From IMG/VR virus record IMGVR_UViG_3300024348_000010: 64,000 nt of DNA. One strand, written 5' to 3'. The position numbers were made by a program, and so were the translations under genes. The notes beneath the pieces were generated by a model. It was not told where the DNA came from. It was given only the letters and a program-made list of their open reading frames with translations, and made no database searches. Positions 8,346 to 18,615 of the stretch are shown here, piece by piece. Within the stretch, counting starts at the first letter, position 1. The number at the start of each line of letters is the position of its first letter. The stretch comes from a virus (lineage: Duplodnaviria; Heunggongvirae; Uroviricota; Caudoviricetes).

Positions 8346-10613
8346 TTAGATTTTACAAGAGTCACAGTCCTCATCATCTAGTTGCCCTTGTGCTAGCGGT
8401 TTAGATTCTTCAATTTCACCAGCACCGTCGAAGGTGTTGAAATAGTAGAGCGTCTTACCGCCGTACTTGTAGTGCATCAAAATATGTTTAATCATCTCTG
8501 ACATCGGAATCTTCTCATCCTCATAGTGACGAGGATTATAAGAAGTGTTTACCGAGATTGCCTGATCGATAAACTTCTGTAGGACTGCCATAATCTTCAG
8601 ATAACCTTCTGGAGACTTTTGATCCCATAGTAATTCGTATTTATTCTTCAGTCGTCTTAACTCTGGAACAACTTGCTTCAGTACACCATCTTTCGATTGC
8701 TTGATCGAGATGAGTGCACGAGGTGGTTCGATACCATTGGTCGAGTTACTGATCTGAGCAGAAGTCTCGGCTGGCATCAGAGCCATGAGAGTCGAGTTAC
8801 GAATGCCAGATGACAATGCTCGGCTTGACAATACACTCCATGGCATCTTATAGTTAGGAGCGACCAATTCGTCTACATCTTTTTTGTATGTATCGATTGG
8901 CATAGTACCATATGCATACTTTGTCTGATAATCAAGAGGGCAAGAACCTACTTCTTCAGCCAAGTCGACCGAGGCTTTAATAAGGTAATAACTCCATGCT
9001 TCAGCATACTCATGAACAAGCTCAAGGTTAGGATCAGAGTAATTAGTGTCATTACGAGCCAACCAATAAGCAAAGTTAATGATACCAATACCAAGAGGCC
9101 TACGATTCCGAGTACCAATAGCAGCGGCTCGAACAGGATAGTCCTGATAATCAAGTAGGGCATCCAAAGCGCGTACTGCAATGGTGCATGGCTTTTCGAA
9201 ATCAGCTGGCTTTCTAATCTTTCCCCAATTGATCGCTGCAAGCGTGCATAGGCTAATCTCGCCTGTTTCATCATGAATATCCTTTAGTGGTGTTGTTGGC
9301 AATGTAATCTCACAGCACAGGTTGCTCATCTTGATCGGAGTATCTTTGGTGAATGAACCATGCTCGTTGGCATGGTCTACGTTCATCAGATAGATTCGTC
9401 CGGTGTCTTTTCGTTCGGTAACGAAGGCTGAGAAGAGATCAATCGCAGGGATGGTTTTCTTTCTAACCTTACTACGTTCGTACTTTTCGTAGAGTTCTCT
9501 AAAGTCTTCAGCGCTTTTGTAAAAGGCTTCATAGAGATCCGGGACATCACTAGGTGAGAAGAGGGTGATATTACCTCCAGATAAAAGTCTTTCATACATT
9601 ACCTTATTAAATTGCACACCATAATCAAGATGACGGATACGGTTATCTTCAGTGCCCTTATTATTCTTTAGGACAAGAATATCCTCCACTTCGTAATGCC
9701 AAAGGGGGTAATAGAGAGTCGCTGCTCCACCACGGACACCACCTTGGCTACAAGATTTAACAGCTGACTGGAAATGCTTATAAAAAGGAATAACACCAGT
9801 GTGAGAAGCATCGCCATTGCGTATAGGAGATCCAACAGCCCTAATACGACCGCCGCCAATACCAATACCAGCTTTCTGAGAAACATACTTAACAATTGCG
9901 GAGGCTGTTGCATTTATGGAATCCAGCGAGTCGTCAGTTTCGATAAGTACGCACGAACTAAACTGACGTTGAGGTGAGCGCACTCCTGCCATAATAGGAG
10001 TAGGAAGACTAATGTCAAATGTACTGATAGCATCGTAAAGGTCCTTTACCCATTTCATTCTATTTGTGGTGTAATTTTGAAAGAGTGTCATGGCAATCAA
10101 CATGAATGCCATCTGTGGCGTTTCGTAGAACTTATTCGTCACACGATTACGAATGAGATACTTTCCACGGAATTGTTCCATGGCAGCATAGGTCAGTAGG
10201 TTATCACGGTCGTGGTCGATGTATTTTTCAAGTTCATCGAACTCTTCTACAGAATATACATCGCCCATTTCCTTATCATAATAACCTTCATCGCGTACAC
10301 GAATATAGTGCTTTAAGAGCGGTTCAGGATTGTACGTGCCGTAGACTTGTTTACGAAGATTATAGTTGATTAGACGACCAGCAACATACTGATAGTTAGG
10401 TTGTTCTTCTGTAATGAGTTCAGCAGCTGCCTTGATCAGAGTCTCTTGAATATCAGAAGACTTGATCTTATCATAAAATTGAATATGAGTTTTGATTTCA
10501 AGATCTGAAACAGAAACGCCGCTTAAACCTTCACACGCATGCAGCGCTACTTTATGGAACTTATTAATATCGAGTGGTTCTCGCGTTCCATCACGTTTCG
10601 TTACTTGAATCAT
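8346..10613 (-). CDS. nrdA: ribonucleotide reductase class Ia large (alpha) subunit
   Basis: 755 aa. N-terminal ATP-cone (VTKRDGTREPLDINK), catalytic Cys motifs, C-terminal CDSCKI tail. Confidence 0.95.
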   Translation of the reverse strand: MIQVTKRDGTREPLDINKFHKVALHACEGLSGVSVSDLEIKTHIQFYDKIKSSDIQETLIKAAAELITEEQPNYQYVAGRLINYNLRKQVYGTYNPEPLLKHYIRVRDEGYYDKEMGDVYSVEEFDELEKYIDHDRDNLLTYAAMEQFRGKYLIRNRVTNKFYETPQMAFMLIAMTLFQNYTTNRMKWVKDLYDAISTFDISLPTPIMAGVRSPQRQFSSCVLIETDDSLDSINATASAIVKYVSQKAGIGIGGGRIRAVGSPIRNGDASHTGVIPFYKHFQSAVKSCSQGGVRGGAATLYYPLWHYEVEDILVLKNNKGTEDNRIRHLDYGVQFNKVMYERLLSGGNITLFSPSDVPDLYEAFYKSAEDFRELYEKYERSKVRKKTIPAIDLFSAFVTERKDTGRIYLMNVDHANEHGSFTKDTPIKMSNLCCEITLPTTPLKDIHDETGEISLCTLAAINWGKIRKPADFEKPCTIAVRALDALLDYQDYPVRAAAIGTRNRRPLGIGIINFAYWLARNDTNYSDPNLELVHEYAEAWSYYLIKASVDLAEEVGSCPLDYQTKYAYGTMPIDTYKKDVDELVAPNYKMPWSVLSSRALSSGIRNSTLMALMPAETSAQISNSTNGIEPPRALISIKQSKDGVLKQVVPELRRLKNKYELLWDQKSPEGYLKIMAVLQKFIDQAISVNTSYNPRHYEDEKIPMSEMIKHILMHYKYGGKTLYYFNTFDGAGEIEESKPLAQGQLDDEDCDSCKI

Positions 10614-10809
10614 CTGTTCTCTTTCTTAATCCAATTTTGCCGTCGTCATAAACGGTCCATACTAGTTCAGTATCTATATCCCAACCCATGGCTTCCATAA
10701 GTTCATCTGATAATTCTATGTACAATTCGCCGTCTTCAGTTTCTTTCACTACGGTGCTATGACTCATGGTAACATCTCTATTCGATAAGGCGCTTCGTCT
10801 TTCCACCAT
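10591..10809 (-). CDS. hypothetical small acidic protein
   Basis: 72 aa ORF upstream of nrdA. True start may be the internal Met. Confidence 0.3.
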   Translation of the reverse strand: MVERRSALSNRDVTMSHSTVVKETEDGELYIELSDELMEAMGWDIDTELVWTVYDDGKIGLRKRTDDSSNET

Positions 10810-10906
10810 GGATCTTCTGTAAGATCTTGTACAACTTCGAGGGCTTCTTCTTCAGACTCAACGTCTGCAACGACGATATCATTTTTATTGTATACTAGCC
10901 AATTAA

Positions 10907-11608
10907 TCATGGTAGTTTCCTTTCAAACTCTGCTTGCGCAGCCATATCGTCAAGAGCCTTCTTCACATCAGGGAAATGGTGCGCAATAATATCCCAGCAC
11001 TGTTCGGCAATGATACGATGTTCTTTCTGAGTTGCCTTATCCATACGCAACTGGCAATAGTGAACCCATGAACGAAGCGTGCCAGTCACGATCATGACCG
11101 ATTCTGTATTGCCTTCAGGAAGAACGGCACGAGCTTGTTCTTTGGCGATACCATTTTCAATTGCCCAGTTATAGGCATACAACGACTCGCTGATTACTCG
11201 GGCTTGTCGTATATTCCAATTTTCTTGTAGTAATTTGTTATCGCCAACTTCGATTGAGTTCTGCCTGTTCTTGGCATCTTGAAGTCTGGCTTCTCGATTA
11301 ACAAAGCCAAGATCTTTCGTTGGATCGGCGTAACGCTGAGAGTACTCTTGGAACATGAAAGAACGATGTCTAAGAATTTGTCGAGCGATATCTCTTGTCG
11401 TTCTGATTTCCATTGAGACATGGACCATCTCCAAAGGTGACCAATGTTGGTTCTTAATAAGATATTGAACCAGTTTCGGTGCTGTTGCAGTATTGTTTTG
11501 ATTCGATGGATTCGATACTCGAGCAGCCCATGCAATCAGTTCGTTTGCAGTTGTGCATTCTGTGTATGCACTCGGCTTGGTGAGGCCGACCAGATTTACT
11601 TCACTCAT
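10907..11608 (-). CDS. thyX: flavin-dependent thymidylate synthase
   Basis: 233 aa. ThyX motif RHRSFMFQEYSQRY (RHRx7S). Confidence 0.85.
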   Translation of the reverse strand: MSEVNLVGLTKPSAYTECTTANELIAWAARVSNPSNQNNTATAPKLVQYLIKNQHWSPLEMVHVSMEIRTTRDIARQILRHRSFMFQEYSQRYADPTKDLGFVNREARLQDAKNRQNSIEVGDNKLLQENWNIRQARVISESLYAYNWAIENGIAKEQARAVLPEGNTESVMIVTGTLRSWVHYCQLRMDKATQKEHRIIAEQCWDIIAHHFPDVKKALDDMAAQAEFERKLP

Positions 11609-11874
11609 TTTTTACCCTTTATATGTGCTTCACAATACCGTTGACCATTCGTGGCTTTATCACCAAGAAGAGTAACAATCCAAATATCGCCACTCGCCGT
11701 TTTCATTTCATATTCATCTATCTTTGTAATCGGTTCACGCATTATTAATCCTTATGATTACACATTTCATCGCTTACTGTTGTCTTAAATACGTTTGGAA
11801 ATAAACCATGAATAAACAGTATTGCTCCCCAGCGCCATGATCTCAACATGTGCTTAAAATAACTTATGTTATTA

Positions 11875-12147
11875 TCACTCAGATGAGACATCGAACGTTT
11901 TCACCTTTTGGAACCGTGGAACATTAGCGTAGCCGTTGGCCTTGAGTTCATTCACACGAGCAAGGGCATCATAGTACTCTACATACTGCCCGTCATTGTA
12001 CCACCAGAAATGGTCCCATGGCGCCCAAAGACGAACATAACGTTGATACTCGACAAGCCACTGCTTGCCAACTCGGAAGATCCGAAGTTTCTTTATCGGG
12101 ATCTGCTCGTACTCGACCCCAAACTCGTTGTCTACTAACTCAGTCAT
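11875..12147 (-). CDS. hypothetical protein
   Basis: 90 aa. Confidence 0.4.
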   Translation of the reverse strand: MTELVDNEFGVEYEQIPIKKLRIFRVGKQWLVEYQRYVRLWAPWDHFWWYNDGQYVEYYDALARVNELKANGYANVPRFQKVKTFDVSSE

Positions 12148-12418
12148 ATCCGTTTCCTATTAGATTGAAGATGTTAGGATCAAAGTACAATGCACCTTGA
12201 GCTCCGTCACCGCATTCTCTTGAAATAACCTTCACGTAGTCATCAAAGAAATCCATGCCACGCAATGAAATAATCAGAGTTACTGCGGTTTGCACCATGT
12301 TGGCATTATATACTACCCACGTAAGCTTCTCTTCAGGTAGAGCTAGCACCGCTTCAACGGTCTTTTCTCCATATCGCAAAGTGTAGTTTTGCAGTTGGTC
12401 CTGAGTAATTGCATTCAT
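12140..12418 (-). CDS. hypothetical protein
   Basis: 92 aa. Confidence 0.4.
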   Translation of the reverse strand: MNAITQDQLQNYTLRYGEKTVEAVLALPEEKLTWVVYNANMVQTAVTLIISLRGMDFFDDYVKVISRECGDGAQGALYFDPNIFNLIGNGYD

Positions 12419-13373
12419 CTAAAACATCCTTAATATATTCTGGCGTGTAGCCAGCTAAAATCATATCGTTGACATCTTTATGCTCGATGTCTGAAGGCCA
12501 TATGACTACACGATATCCAGCATCAATCGCCTTCTGCATTCTCTTGATAGTATCCGAATGCCTCGGCTCATTATCAAATACTACCACAATTTTCTCTTTA
12601 AGTAAACCGGTTTGTTCGACTTGTGCAGCAAGATCTCCACCTGCCGCTGCCATGGCATTTGGCAAGAACATCGAATCGATCGGTCCCTCTAGTAAATATA
12701 TATCTTTGTCCTCATCGATAGTATCCATACCGAATACTTTTGGTTTCGAATCGTCCAGCATGATGGTGATATATCGAACACCATCTTTCTTGAATGATCT
12801 GCCTTGAAAACCAAAGAGATTCTTTTCCTTATCAAGAAATGGTATGATCAGACGTGGTTCGTCCTTCTCTCCGATCTTGATCTTGTCAGGAATCATAGTA
12901 TTGACCCACGCGCCAAATTTTGGAGCATAGAATAACTTATAATGCAAATGCGGAGGGATTTGCCGACTATCCACGTACTTCTTGACAGGATGGTTCGGAT
13001 CGAGCTGACTTACCTTCTTTATCTTTGACAGAGCTGTGGTCTTGACAAAGACTGGAGGTTTCATTTTCTCGGCAAAAGTCTCGACATCTTTTTGATTACC
13101 AGATTCTTTCATCTGTTCCTTGATGTATTCGAGATAAAGAGTCGGATCGATCTCTTTCATAAAATATCTGAACTGCATGCTCGCGCTACAGTTGTGACAA
13201 TAAAAGCGGACCTTGCCGCCCTTCTCGATCAAATGCCCACGAGTTTTACGACGATCTTTCTTTGAGTCGCCGCAGATAGGGCAACGGAACCGATAGACCG
13301 TGTTGTTGACCCGCTGAAATCTCTCGAGGCGACCTGAGAGAAGGCTGATGTATTTGTGTTCAATCCAAAGCAT
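12354..13373 (-). CDS. DNA primase (zinc-ribbon + TOPRIM, T4 gp61-like)
   Basis: N-terminal CPICGDS...CHNC zinc ribbon. TOPRIM-like acidic motifs (VVFDNEPRH, DxD). Confidence 0.8.
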   Translation of the reverse strand: MLWIEHKYISLLSGRLERFQRVNNTVYRFRCPICGDSKKDRRKTRGHLIEKGGKVRFYCHNCSASMQFRYFMKEIDPTLYLEYIKEQMKESGNQKDVETFAEKMKPPVFVKTTALSKIKKVSQLDPNHPVKKYVDSRQIPPHLHYKLFYAPKFGAWVNTMIPDKIKIGEKDEPRLIIPFLDKEKNLFGFQGRSFKKDGVRYITIMLDDSKPKVFGMDTIDEDKDIYLLEGPIDSMFLPNAMAAAGGDLAAQVEQTGLLKEKIVVVFDNEPRHSDTIKRMQKAIDAGYRVVIWPSDIEHKDVNDMILAGYTPEYIKDVLDECNYSGPTAKLHFAIWRKDR

Positions 13374-13414
13374 TATAACTCCAATCTGTTAACTTCATTA
13401 TACACAGATTGTGA

Positions 13415-13432
13415 TTATTGTACATGTTTATT
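13415..13432 (-). promoter_or_regulatory. conserved TGTACATG element upstream of primase gene
   Basis: ATTGTACATGTTTATTTT, nearly identical to the other copies. Confidence 0.45.
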
Positions 13433-13975
13433 TTAGAATAAAGAGCCTTGAAGATTAAAATTAATCGCTAATCTTCTTTCGACATCTAATGGAAGATTAG
13501 TACTGTGCCGATTATCAATATGATCTCCGCCTTCAAAGAACAGTAATCGATTCTCGATATGCTCGACTTCTGATCCATCTTCAAATAATGTTGGAGCAGT
13601 ATTACAAGTATTGATATAAAACAGAGCTACGTAATGCTTATACGGACAATCGTTGTGCCAACCATGGGCACGCTTACGACCCTGATTCATCATGCTATTG
13701 ACATTCACACTGATGACATGTTCTGTAAGGAAATTAAGTTTTTCTTCAAAGAAATAGAACATCGGCCTGATCGTTTGCCAGTACCCGAATGCATCTTCGA
13801 TGTGTTCATTTTCTGTATAGATTCTCTTCATGAAGTACCAGTCTTTTTCAGTCTGGTCGTGATATCCTTCAGGAAGTATCGATGAGAAGTTCCAGCGAAA
13901 TGCTGGATGTTCGATCATCTGTTTTATTTCATTAAAATAACCTCTTGGTAAGAAGTCATCAATCACACGTCTCAT
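13433..13975 (-). CDS. putative 2OG-Fe(II) oxygenase-like protein
   Basis: N-terminal VIDDFLP pattern like P4H-type 2OG oxygenases. HxD...H candidates present. Weak. Confidence 0.35.
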   Translation of the reverse strand: MRRVIDDFLPRGYFNEIKQMIEHPAFRWNFSSILPEGYHDQTEKDWYFMKRIYTENEHIEDAFGYWQTIRPMFYFFEEKLNFLTEHVISVNVNSMMNQGRKRAHGWHNDCPYKHYVALFYINTCNTAPTLFEDGSEVEHIENRLLFFEGGDHIDNRHSTNLPLDVERRLAINFNLQGSLF

Positions 13976-13978
13976 AAT

Positions 13979-14461
13979 TTATCCAATTCCGAATATTGTA
14001 CTCCATGGCACCAACGTAATAATACCACCTACGATAGCAGCACCGCCGATGACTGTCCACATCCATTTTTCCATGGCAGTGATTCGATCGCTCAACGTAT
14101 TATGCTGTACTGTCGACTCAGCACGCATCTCTTTAATTTCTTTCATGAGTTCGTCGTACTGATCGTCGATGCTTTCTTTGAGCTCGCGCTCGCCTGAAGA
14201 AATTCTTTCGTGCAATAGCTGGACCTTGTCGTCTGTTTCCACTCTGCGTGCTTCCACTAAATCTGATAGTTGTTTACTTATGATTTCCTGGGAAGTCAAC
14301 TTGGTTTCGTGCACAGCAAGAAGATTCGATACGCTACTTGAAATGTCAGTCAGCTTATCAATGGTTGTATCCAAACGGCCAACAAGCGTATTGACGACTG
14401 CCATATCTCTACTTAGATACGACACATCTTCAGCTAACTTGTTGACCGATGGTGTTGCCAT
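13979..14461 (-). CDS. coiled-coil protein with C-terminal membrane anchor
   Basis: 160 aa. C-terminal hydrophobic segment IGGAAIVGGIITLV. Confidence 0.4.
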   Translation of the reverse strand: MATPSVNKLAEDVSYLSRDMAVVNTLVGRLDTTIDKLTDISSSVSNLLAVHETKLTSQEIISKQLSDLVEARRVETDDKVQLLHERISSGERELKESIDDQYDELMKEIKEMRAESTVQHNTLSDRITAMEKWMWTVIGGAAIVGGIITLVPWSTIFGIG

Positions 14462-14700
14462 TATTCTGTTGGTTCCGTACTAGCTTTGAGTGCAAGAGCT
14501 GCACCGCCTGCTGCGAGTACTGCACCTAATCCTACACCCCAAGTCGATGCATCAAATTCTGCACCACGATAGATGTCGTAGATCGATAGACCAAAGAAAA
14601 GCATTACGCCTTTGGCCCATAGAATTCTACCAAGATCAAGTGTCTTATTATCTTTTCCAGTGAATGTTTGGAAAATCAGATCTTTTATTTTTTTAAACAT
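14461..14700 (-). CDS. small membrane protein (holin-like candidate)
   Basis: 79 aa, two hydrophobic segments. Close to the spanin genes. Confidence 0.4.
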   Translation of the reverse strand: MFKKIKDLIFQTFTGKDNKTLDLGRILWAKGVMLFFGLSIYDIYRGAEFDASTWGVGLGAVLAAGGAALALKASTEPTE

Positions 14701-14734
14701 TTCTTCGACTCCGTTAGGTTAACGAAATCATAAT

Positions 14735-15184
14735 TTAGAAAGGACCGAAATCCTCGTCGCTATCTTTGTATTTATCGATAGCTGCCATCATCTTAATTTC
14801 ATTTTCGGTTTCAATTGTTTCAGCTTGTGCGTTGATGACATGTGCTTCTGCGAGTTGCTTATGATCTGTCTTACCGAGTTCTTGTGTCTTAACATTCGGA
14901 TCAAATTCTGCGGTCTTCATTCCCATCATCGTAGCGAATGCACCGACAAAGGCACCAATAATCATAGAGAATGCAGGACCGATGATCTTAAAGATCTCGT
15001 TATTATCGATCACGTGATTTGGCAAAAAGAGGCCAATCAGAAAGATACCGACAACTGCTAACATAATAGATGATAAGACGAGTGTTACCATCTTCATGAT
15101 AGTTAGTTGGATCTTACCTTTTTCTAGCTCGAGTTGCTCGAAACTAGTAATCGGCGGTGATGAGAAAAACGACATTAGACTCAT
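14735..15184 (-). CDS. membrane protein (holin/antiholin candidate)
   Basis: 149 aa, two transmembrane segments followed by a charged C-terminus. Confidence 0.4.
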   Translation of the reverse strand: MSLMSFFSSPPITSFEQLELEKGKIQLTIMKMVTLVLSSIMLAVVGIFLIGLFLPNHVIDNNEIFKIIGPAFSMIIGAFVGAFATMMGMKTAEFDPNVKTQELGKTDHKQLAEAHVINAQAETIETENEIKMMAAIDKYKDSDEDFGPF

Positions 15185-15363
15185 TTCTTTTTTCTAACTT
15201 TCTTAATTTTCTCTGCGGCTTCAACAACTGCATTGATAGTTTCATTTGCTTCTTTGGCTTTCTTATCAGCCAAAGCACGAGCAAGTTCAAGATCTTCGGC
15301 CGATACTTTACCGTCTTTGTTTAGATCAAGAAAACCAAACCACTTTTTAATTTTTTCCCACAT
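15181..15363 (-). CDS. hypothetical small protein
   Basis: 60 aa. Confidence 0.3.
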   Translation of the reverse strand: MWEKIKKWFGFLDLNKDGKVSAEDLELARALADKKAKEANETINAVVEAAEKIKKVRKKK

Positions 15364-15374
15364 AAGAATCTCCG

Positions 15375-15587
15375 TTATTTTCTATTTGATGTTGATGCGA
15401 GTTTTCTTGCAACGCTTGCAGGAAGCCCGTCTTTTGAAAGATTAAGAAGTCCCAGCGCGGCGATCAAAAGTAGGAGACCGCGCGTATCATCTTTATTGCC
15501 GCTGCTCGCTCTATTGAGAGAGTTGGCAATAATGGTAATCAAACTGTCGTTCGAATCTTCTTCTGGTACTTCTTTAAACTTTTTCAT
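15375..15587 (-). CDS. hypothetical small protein
   Basis: 70 aa. Confidence 0.3.
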   Translation of the reverse strand: MKKFKEVPEEDSNDSLITIIANSLNRASSGNKDDTRGLLLLIAALGLLNLSKDGLPASVARKLASTSNRK

Positions 15588-16096
15588 TTCTTCTTCTCTT
15601 TTGCCATGGCATCAACAGCTTCTTTATTCTGAATTATCCACTGCTGGAGTTGTCTTAGCTGCTCGGCGTTGGCTTGGCATCTGGAGTAGTTGCCGATGAT
15701 GGCGAGGAGGGCTGTAGTGTCTGTAATTCCTGAGGGGCTCGCATCAGAAGCTCTGGCGGAGTCGGCATCACCGGATGTGGCACTAAGGTCGTGCGTGTAC
15801 ACCCAGCCATTAGACATATCGTGCTGAGTAGGAACAGAGTCTTTAACGACGTCGCGATATACATATTCTTTCTCTCTAATTGTGTTAACTCGATCAACAT
15901 ATTCAGTAACTACCTCAGTAGAAATTGCAGAATTCTTCCTCTCCAATTCCGCGATTTGCTCACTCTTTTGTGCAGAGAAACGAGCCAATTCAGCTTCAGC
16001 ATAAGCAGATCCTTTCATATAACCAAAGACGAAGATCCCTGCCATGAGTGCAGCACCTGCAAGCAACTTATATGGCAGTGGGATCATTCCTAACAT
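15584..16096 (-). CDS. i-spanin (Rz-like): N-terminal TM + periplasmic coiled coil
   Basis: 170 aa. N-terminal TM (LLAGAALMAGIFVFGY) then a charged coiled coil. Contains an embedded +1-frame lipoprotein ORF. Confidence 0.55.
   Translation of the reverse strand: MLGMIPLPYKLLAGAALMAGIFVFGYMKGSAYAEAELARFSAQKSEQIAELERKNSAISTEVVTEYVDRVNTIREKEYVYRDVVKDSVPTQHDMSNGWVYTHDLSATSGDADSARASDASPSGITDTTALLAIIGNYSRCQANAEQLRQLQQWIIQNKEAVDAMAKEKKK
15655..15900 (-). CDS. o-spanin (Rz1-like) lipoprotein embedded in the Rz frame
   Basis: Entirely inside 15584..16096 in another frame. Lipobox LMAGC then a Pro-rich mature region (PHPVMPTPPEL...). Probable start is the internal Met at about 15864. Confidence 0.5.
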   Translation of the reverse strand: MLIELTQLERKNMYIATSLKTLFLLSTICLMAGCTRTTLVPHPVMPTPPELLMRAPQELQTLQPSSPSSATTPDAKPTPSS

Positions 16097-16097
16097 A

Positions 16098-16751
16098 TTA
16101 TTTCTTCATAAATCTATTGAAAGACATCACGTTTTTCTTTTTCTTATTTACCGGCGGTTCACCTTGTAGACCCGCTACATTGCCAGCACCAACAGAATTC
16201 GCCGCAACTTCTTCTTTAGCAAGTTTTCTAAGTTTGTCTTTTGCTAAATGCTCGCCGTTGTGTCTTTTAACAATTTTATTAGATATTTTTTTGACTTCTA
16301 CAGAATCTTCTTTTTTACGAGCTTTACCTACTTGTAATATTTTATTAAAAACATCTTTTTTGTTTTTATTTAGATACGAAATTACCGTATTTTTAGAAAG
16401 CTCATTGATCTGAACTTCTTCTGGTAAACCTTTTTTGCGGCGCGCCGCAGCAGTGAAGTGATCTGGTGTTCCAGTATCCGAATCCATTTTTAGATTGGCG
16501 CCAGCTTTCATCGCTTTCGCCTGATTCTTTTTAGTCATGTCTACGGCTTCGCTCATCTCGCCTTGCATATAATTCGAAGCAGTAGAGATGTAGTCTTCAG
16601 CTAATGTGATCTTCGACTGAACCCATTCAGGAAGATTTGTATCTACCTTCAGCATGTCATGCATACGCTGAGCGTTGGCAATGATAGACTTGAGTTGTGA
16701 CATGGCCATATCGCCTTCGTAGTCATACTCTTGCTTTTCTTTGTTGGCCAT
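16098..16751 (-). CDS. hypothetical protein
   Basis: 217 aa, Lys-rich C-terminus. Confidence 0.45.
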   Translation of the reverse strand: MANKEKQEYDYEGDMAMSQLKSIIANAQRMHDMLKVDTNLPEWVQSKITLAEDYISTASNYMQGEMSEAVDMTKKNQAKAMKAGANLKMDSDTGTPDHFTAAARRKKGLPEEVQINELSKNTVISYLNKNKKDVFNKILQVGKARKKEDSVEVKKISNKIVKRHNGEHLAKDKLRKLAKEEVAANSVGAGNVAGLQGEPPVNKKKKNVMSFNRFMKK

Positions 16752-17140
16752 TAAATCTTCCTTAGTTTTTGTACTATGACTTCGTCTGCAACAATATCGT
16801 TAGTAATAAGTGTTTTATTATCTATGCCTATATTCGGTATCTTCTCAGGAAGTCTTCCTAATAAAATAATGAACGGCTTCAACATATGATGATAGCCATC
16901 TAACTTAAAGAAGAGTAATCTGGTAGCTTCGTTACCGAACACATTGTACAGAACAACGAGATGATTGACGATTAATCTATCTTTTAAATCTCCGGACTCT
17001 TCATAGCGATTAAGTAATCTCTTAATATATTTGAATCGAGCTAAGTCTTCGTAAAATTCAAGATCCTCAAAACATTGTGGATTATCATAACACTTAGCAG
17101 CATATATCAAGAAATTCGAATCATCAAGTTTTTCAATCAT
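16751..17140 (-). CDS. hypothetical protein
   Basis: 129 aa, coupled (ATGA) to neighbours. Confidence 0.45.
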   Translation of the reverse strand: MIEKLDDSNFLIYAAKCYDNPQCFEDLEFYEDLARFKYIKRLLNRYEESGDLKDRLIVNHLVVLYNVFGNEATRLLFFKLDGYHHMLKPFIILLGRLPEKIPNIGIDNKTLITNDIVADEVIVQKLRKI

Positions 17141-17391
17141 TAGGCATTTCTTACTTTCACATCCCCTGCCGCAGTATAGTATAGTTGACCGAGTGCAACA
17201 CCGCCTGTATTTGCGGCAGTGTTATTAGCAAAGGGACCTTGTACAATAGCTTTACGCAACGTAGATAATGTAGCAGACTTGGTCGTATTAGCGGAGATAT
17301 CCTCTACAATAAAGATATCCCCGCTAGCGATCGACGTATTAGCCGTGCCAATCGAAGTCAGTTCAGTTATTTTCTTGGCACGATCACTCAT
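17140..17391 (-). CDS. hypothetical Ala/Thr/Asn-rich protein
   Basis: 83 aa. Confidence 0.4.
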   Translation of the reverse strand: MSDRAKKITELTSIGTANTSIASGDIFIVEDISANTTKSATLSTLRKAIVQGPFANNTAANTGGVALGQLYYTAAGDVKVRNA

Positions 17392-17400
17392 ATATTATCC

Positions 17401-18270
17401 TTATGCGTCTGGCAAGATTGCGTCGTCAGATGCGTCAGTCGAGAAGTTTCCACCCATTGCAACGAGTGTTTCAAACTGTACGCGACCAGCGCGACCACCA
17501 GTACCAACTGTACGAAGAACCCAACCAGTATGAGCAGCACCGTCGATGTAACCACGACCTGTTAGAACAGCAGTTGCTGTAGCTGTTTCACCGCGAAGAG
17601 TTGCACCGCCAGCAGTCGTGCCATTGCCGCTTGCCTTTGCAAAGTTGATGTTTGCTGTGTTAGGCTCGTCTGAAAGTTTGATGCCCGACGTATTAGCAAA
17701 GCTAACATAATACGGACGAGTATCAGTTAGAGTTGCTGGTGTTGACGTAGCATTACCGGCATAGGTAACTTTGTCACCAACTGCTAAGAACGAATTTGCT
17801 GTTGCAATAGCAATGAACGCGCCAATATCATTGTTTGGTGTAACAGCAGTATTACCATTGAAGATAATAAGAGCTGGTGCAGCGATTGTAACTGCCGGTG
17901 CAGCGGTGTAACCACGAATAATCGTGCCGTTTGCCGTGAGTGCAGTTACTTTACCTGCCGAAACTGTTGAGTTAGCGGCGAGTGTGTTTGCACCGCCTGT
18001 TGTATTTGCAACAGTTACAGCAGCATTTGCATTGTATCCAGAACCTGGATTCGTAATGATATACTGAGCAACTGCCGTATTACCAACGGCGATTGAAATT
18101 TCATTTACATCAAGACCGAATTGGCCGACTGCTTCGCCAGCAGTAAATGCGCCGACAGTAGTGTTACCGAACAGTGCAGTTTGGTTTACTGTGTTAGGTG
18201 TTTTATTCACTGCAGTTGTGGCCCATAGGACCGAGTTTGCAGCATCGTCTGTATTGCCCCATTGAGCCAT
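17401..18270 (-). CDS. hypothetical Ala/Thr/Gly/Asn-rich protein (structural/fibre-like composition)
   Basis: 289 aa, low-complexity beta-rich composition. Confidence 0.4.
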   Translation of the reverse strand: MAQWGNTDDAANSVLWATTAVNKTPNTVNQTALFGNTTVGAFTAGEAVGQFGLDVNEISIAVGNTAVAQYIITNPGSGYNANAAVTVANTTGGANTLAANSTVSAGKVTALTANGTIIRGYTAAPAVTIAAPALIIFNGNTAVTPNNDIGAFIAIATANSFLAVGDKVTYAGNATSTPATLTDTRPYYVSFANTSGIKLSDEPNTANINFAKASGNGTTAGGATLRGETATATAVLTGRGYIDGAAHTGWVLRTVGTGGRAGRVQFETLVAMGGNFSTDASDDAILPDA

Positions 18271-18304
18271 CTTCGTTTCTCCTAAAGATTCTTTGTTTTA
18301 TTTA

Positions 18305-18607
18305 TCATTCTTCGGATGTAAGCATATCAATCATGTATGCTGACATTTTTTTATTAAACTTTTTTGGTTGGCCGTTATGAATAACAGTACCTTCTTCCAT
18401 TTGCACAACTTGAGGTAGAGGCACAGCTTCTTCATTTTCAATAACAACTTCAACTTCTGGTAAAGTCTCGGTTACAATCGGTTTATTTTTTACTACAAAA
18501 TTCCCAACTTTGATATTAGTTGTAGTTTCATGCAACGCAGCAACTTCTTCACTTTCGATAGAAGGCGTAGTATTTTTTACTATAAAAGTTCCGACATGAA
18601 TTGTCAT
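18305..18607 (-). CDS. hypothetical protein with internal duplication
   Basis: VGTFIVKNTTP and VGNFVVKNKP repeat units. Confidence 0.4.
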   Translation of the reverse strand: MTIHVGTFIVKNTTPSIESEEVAALHETTTNIKVGNFVVKNKPIVTETLPEVEVVIENEEAVPLPQVVQMEEGTVIHNGQPKKFNKKMSAYMIDMLTSEE

Positions 18608-18615
18608 ATTACACC

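Noticed and set aside
8346-10613. Group I introns in nrdA, nrdB or thyX as in T4
   Set aside because: All three ORFs are intact and full length with conserved motifs in order. No interruption seen.
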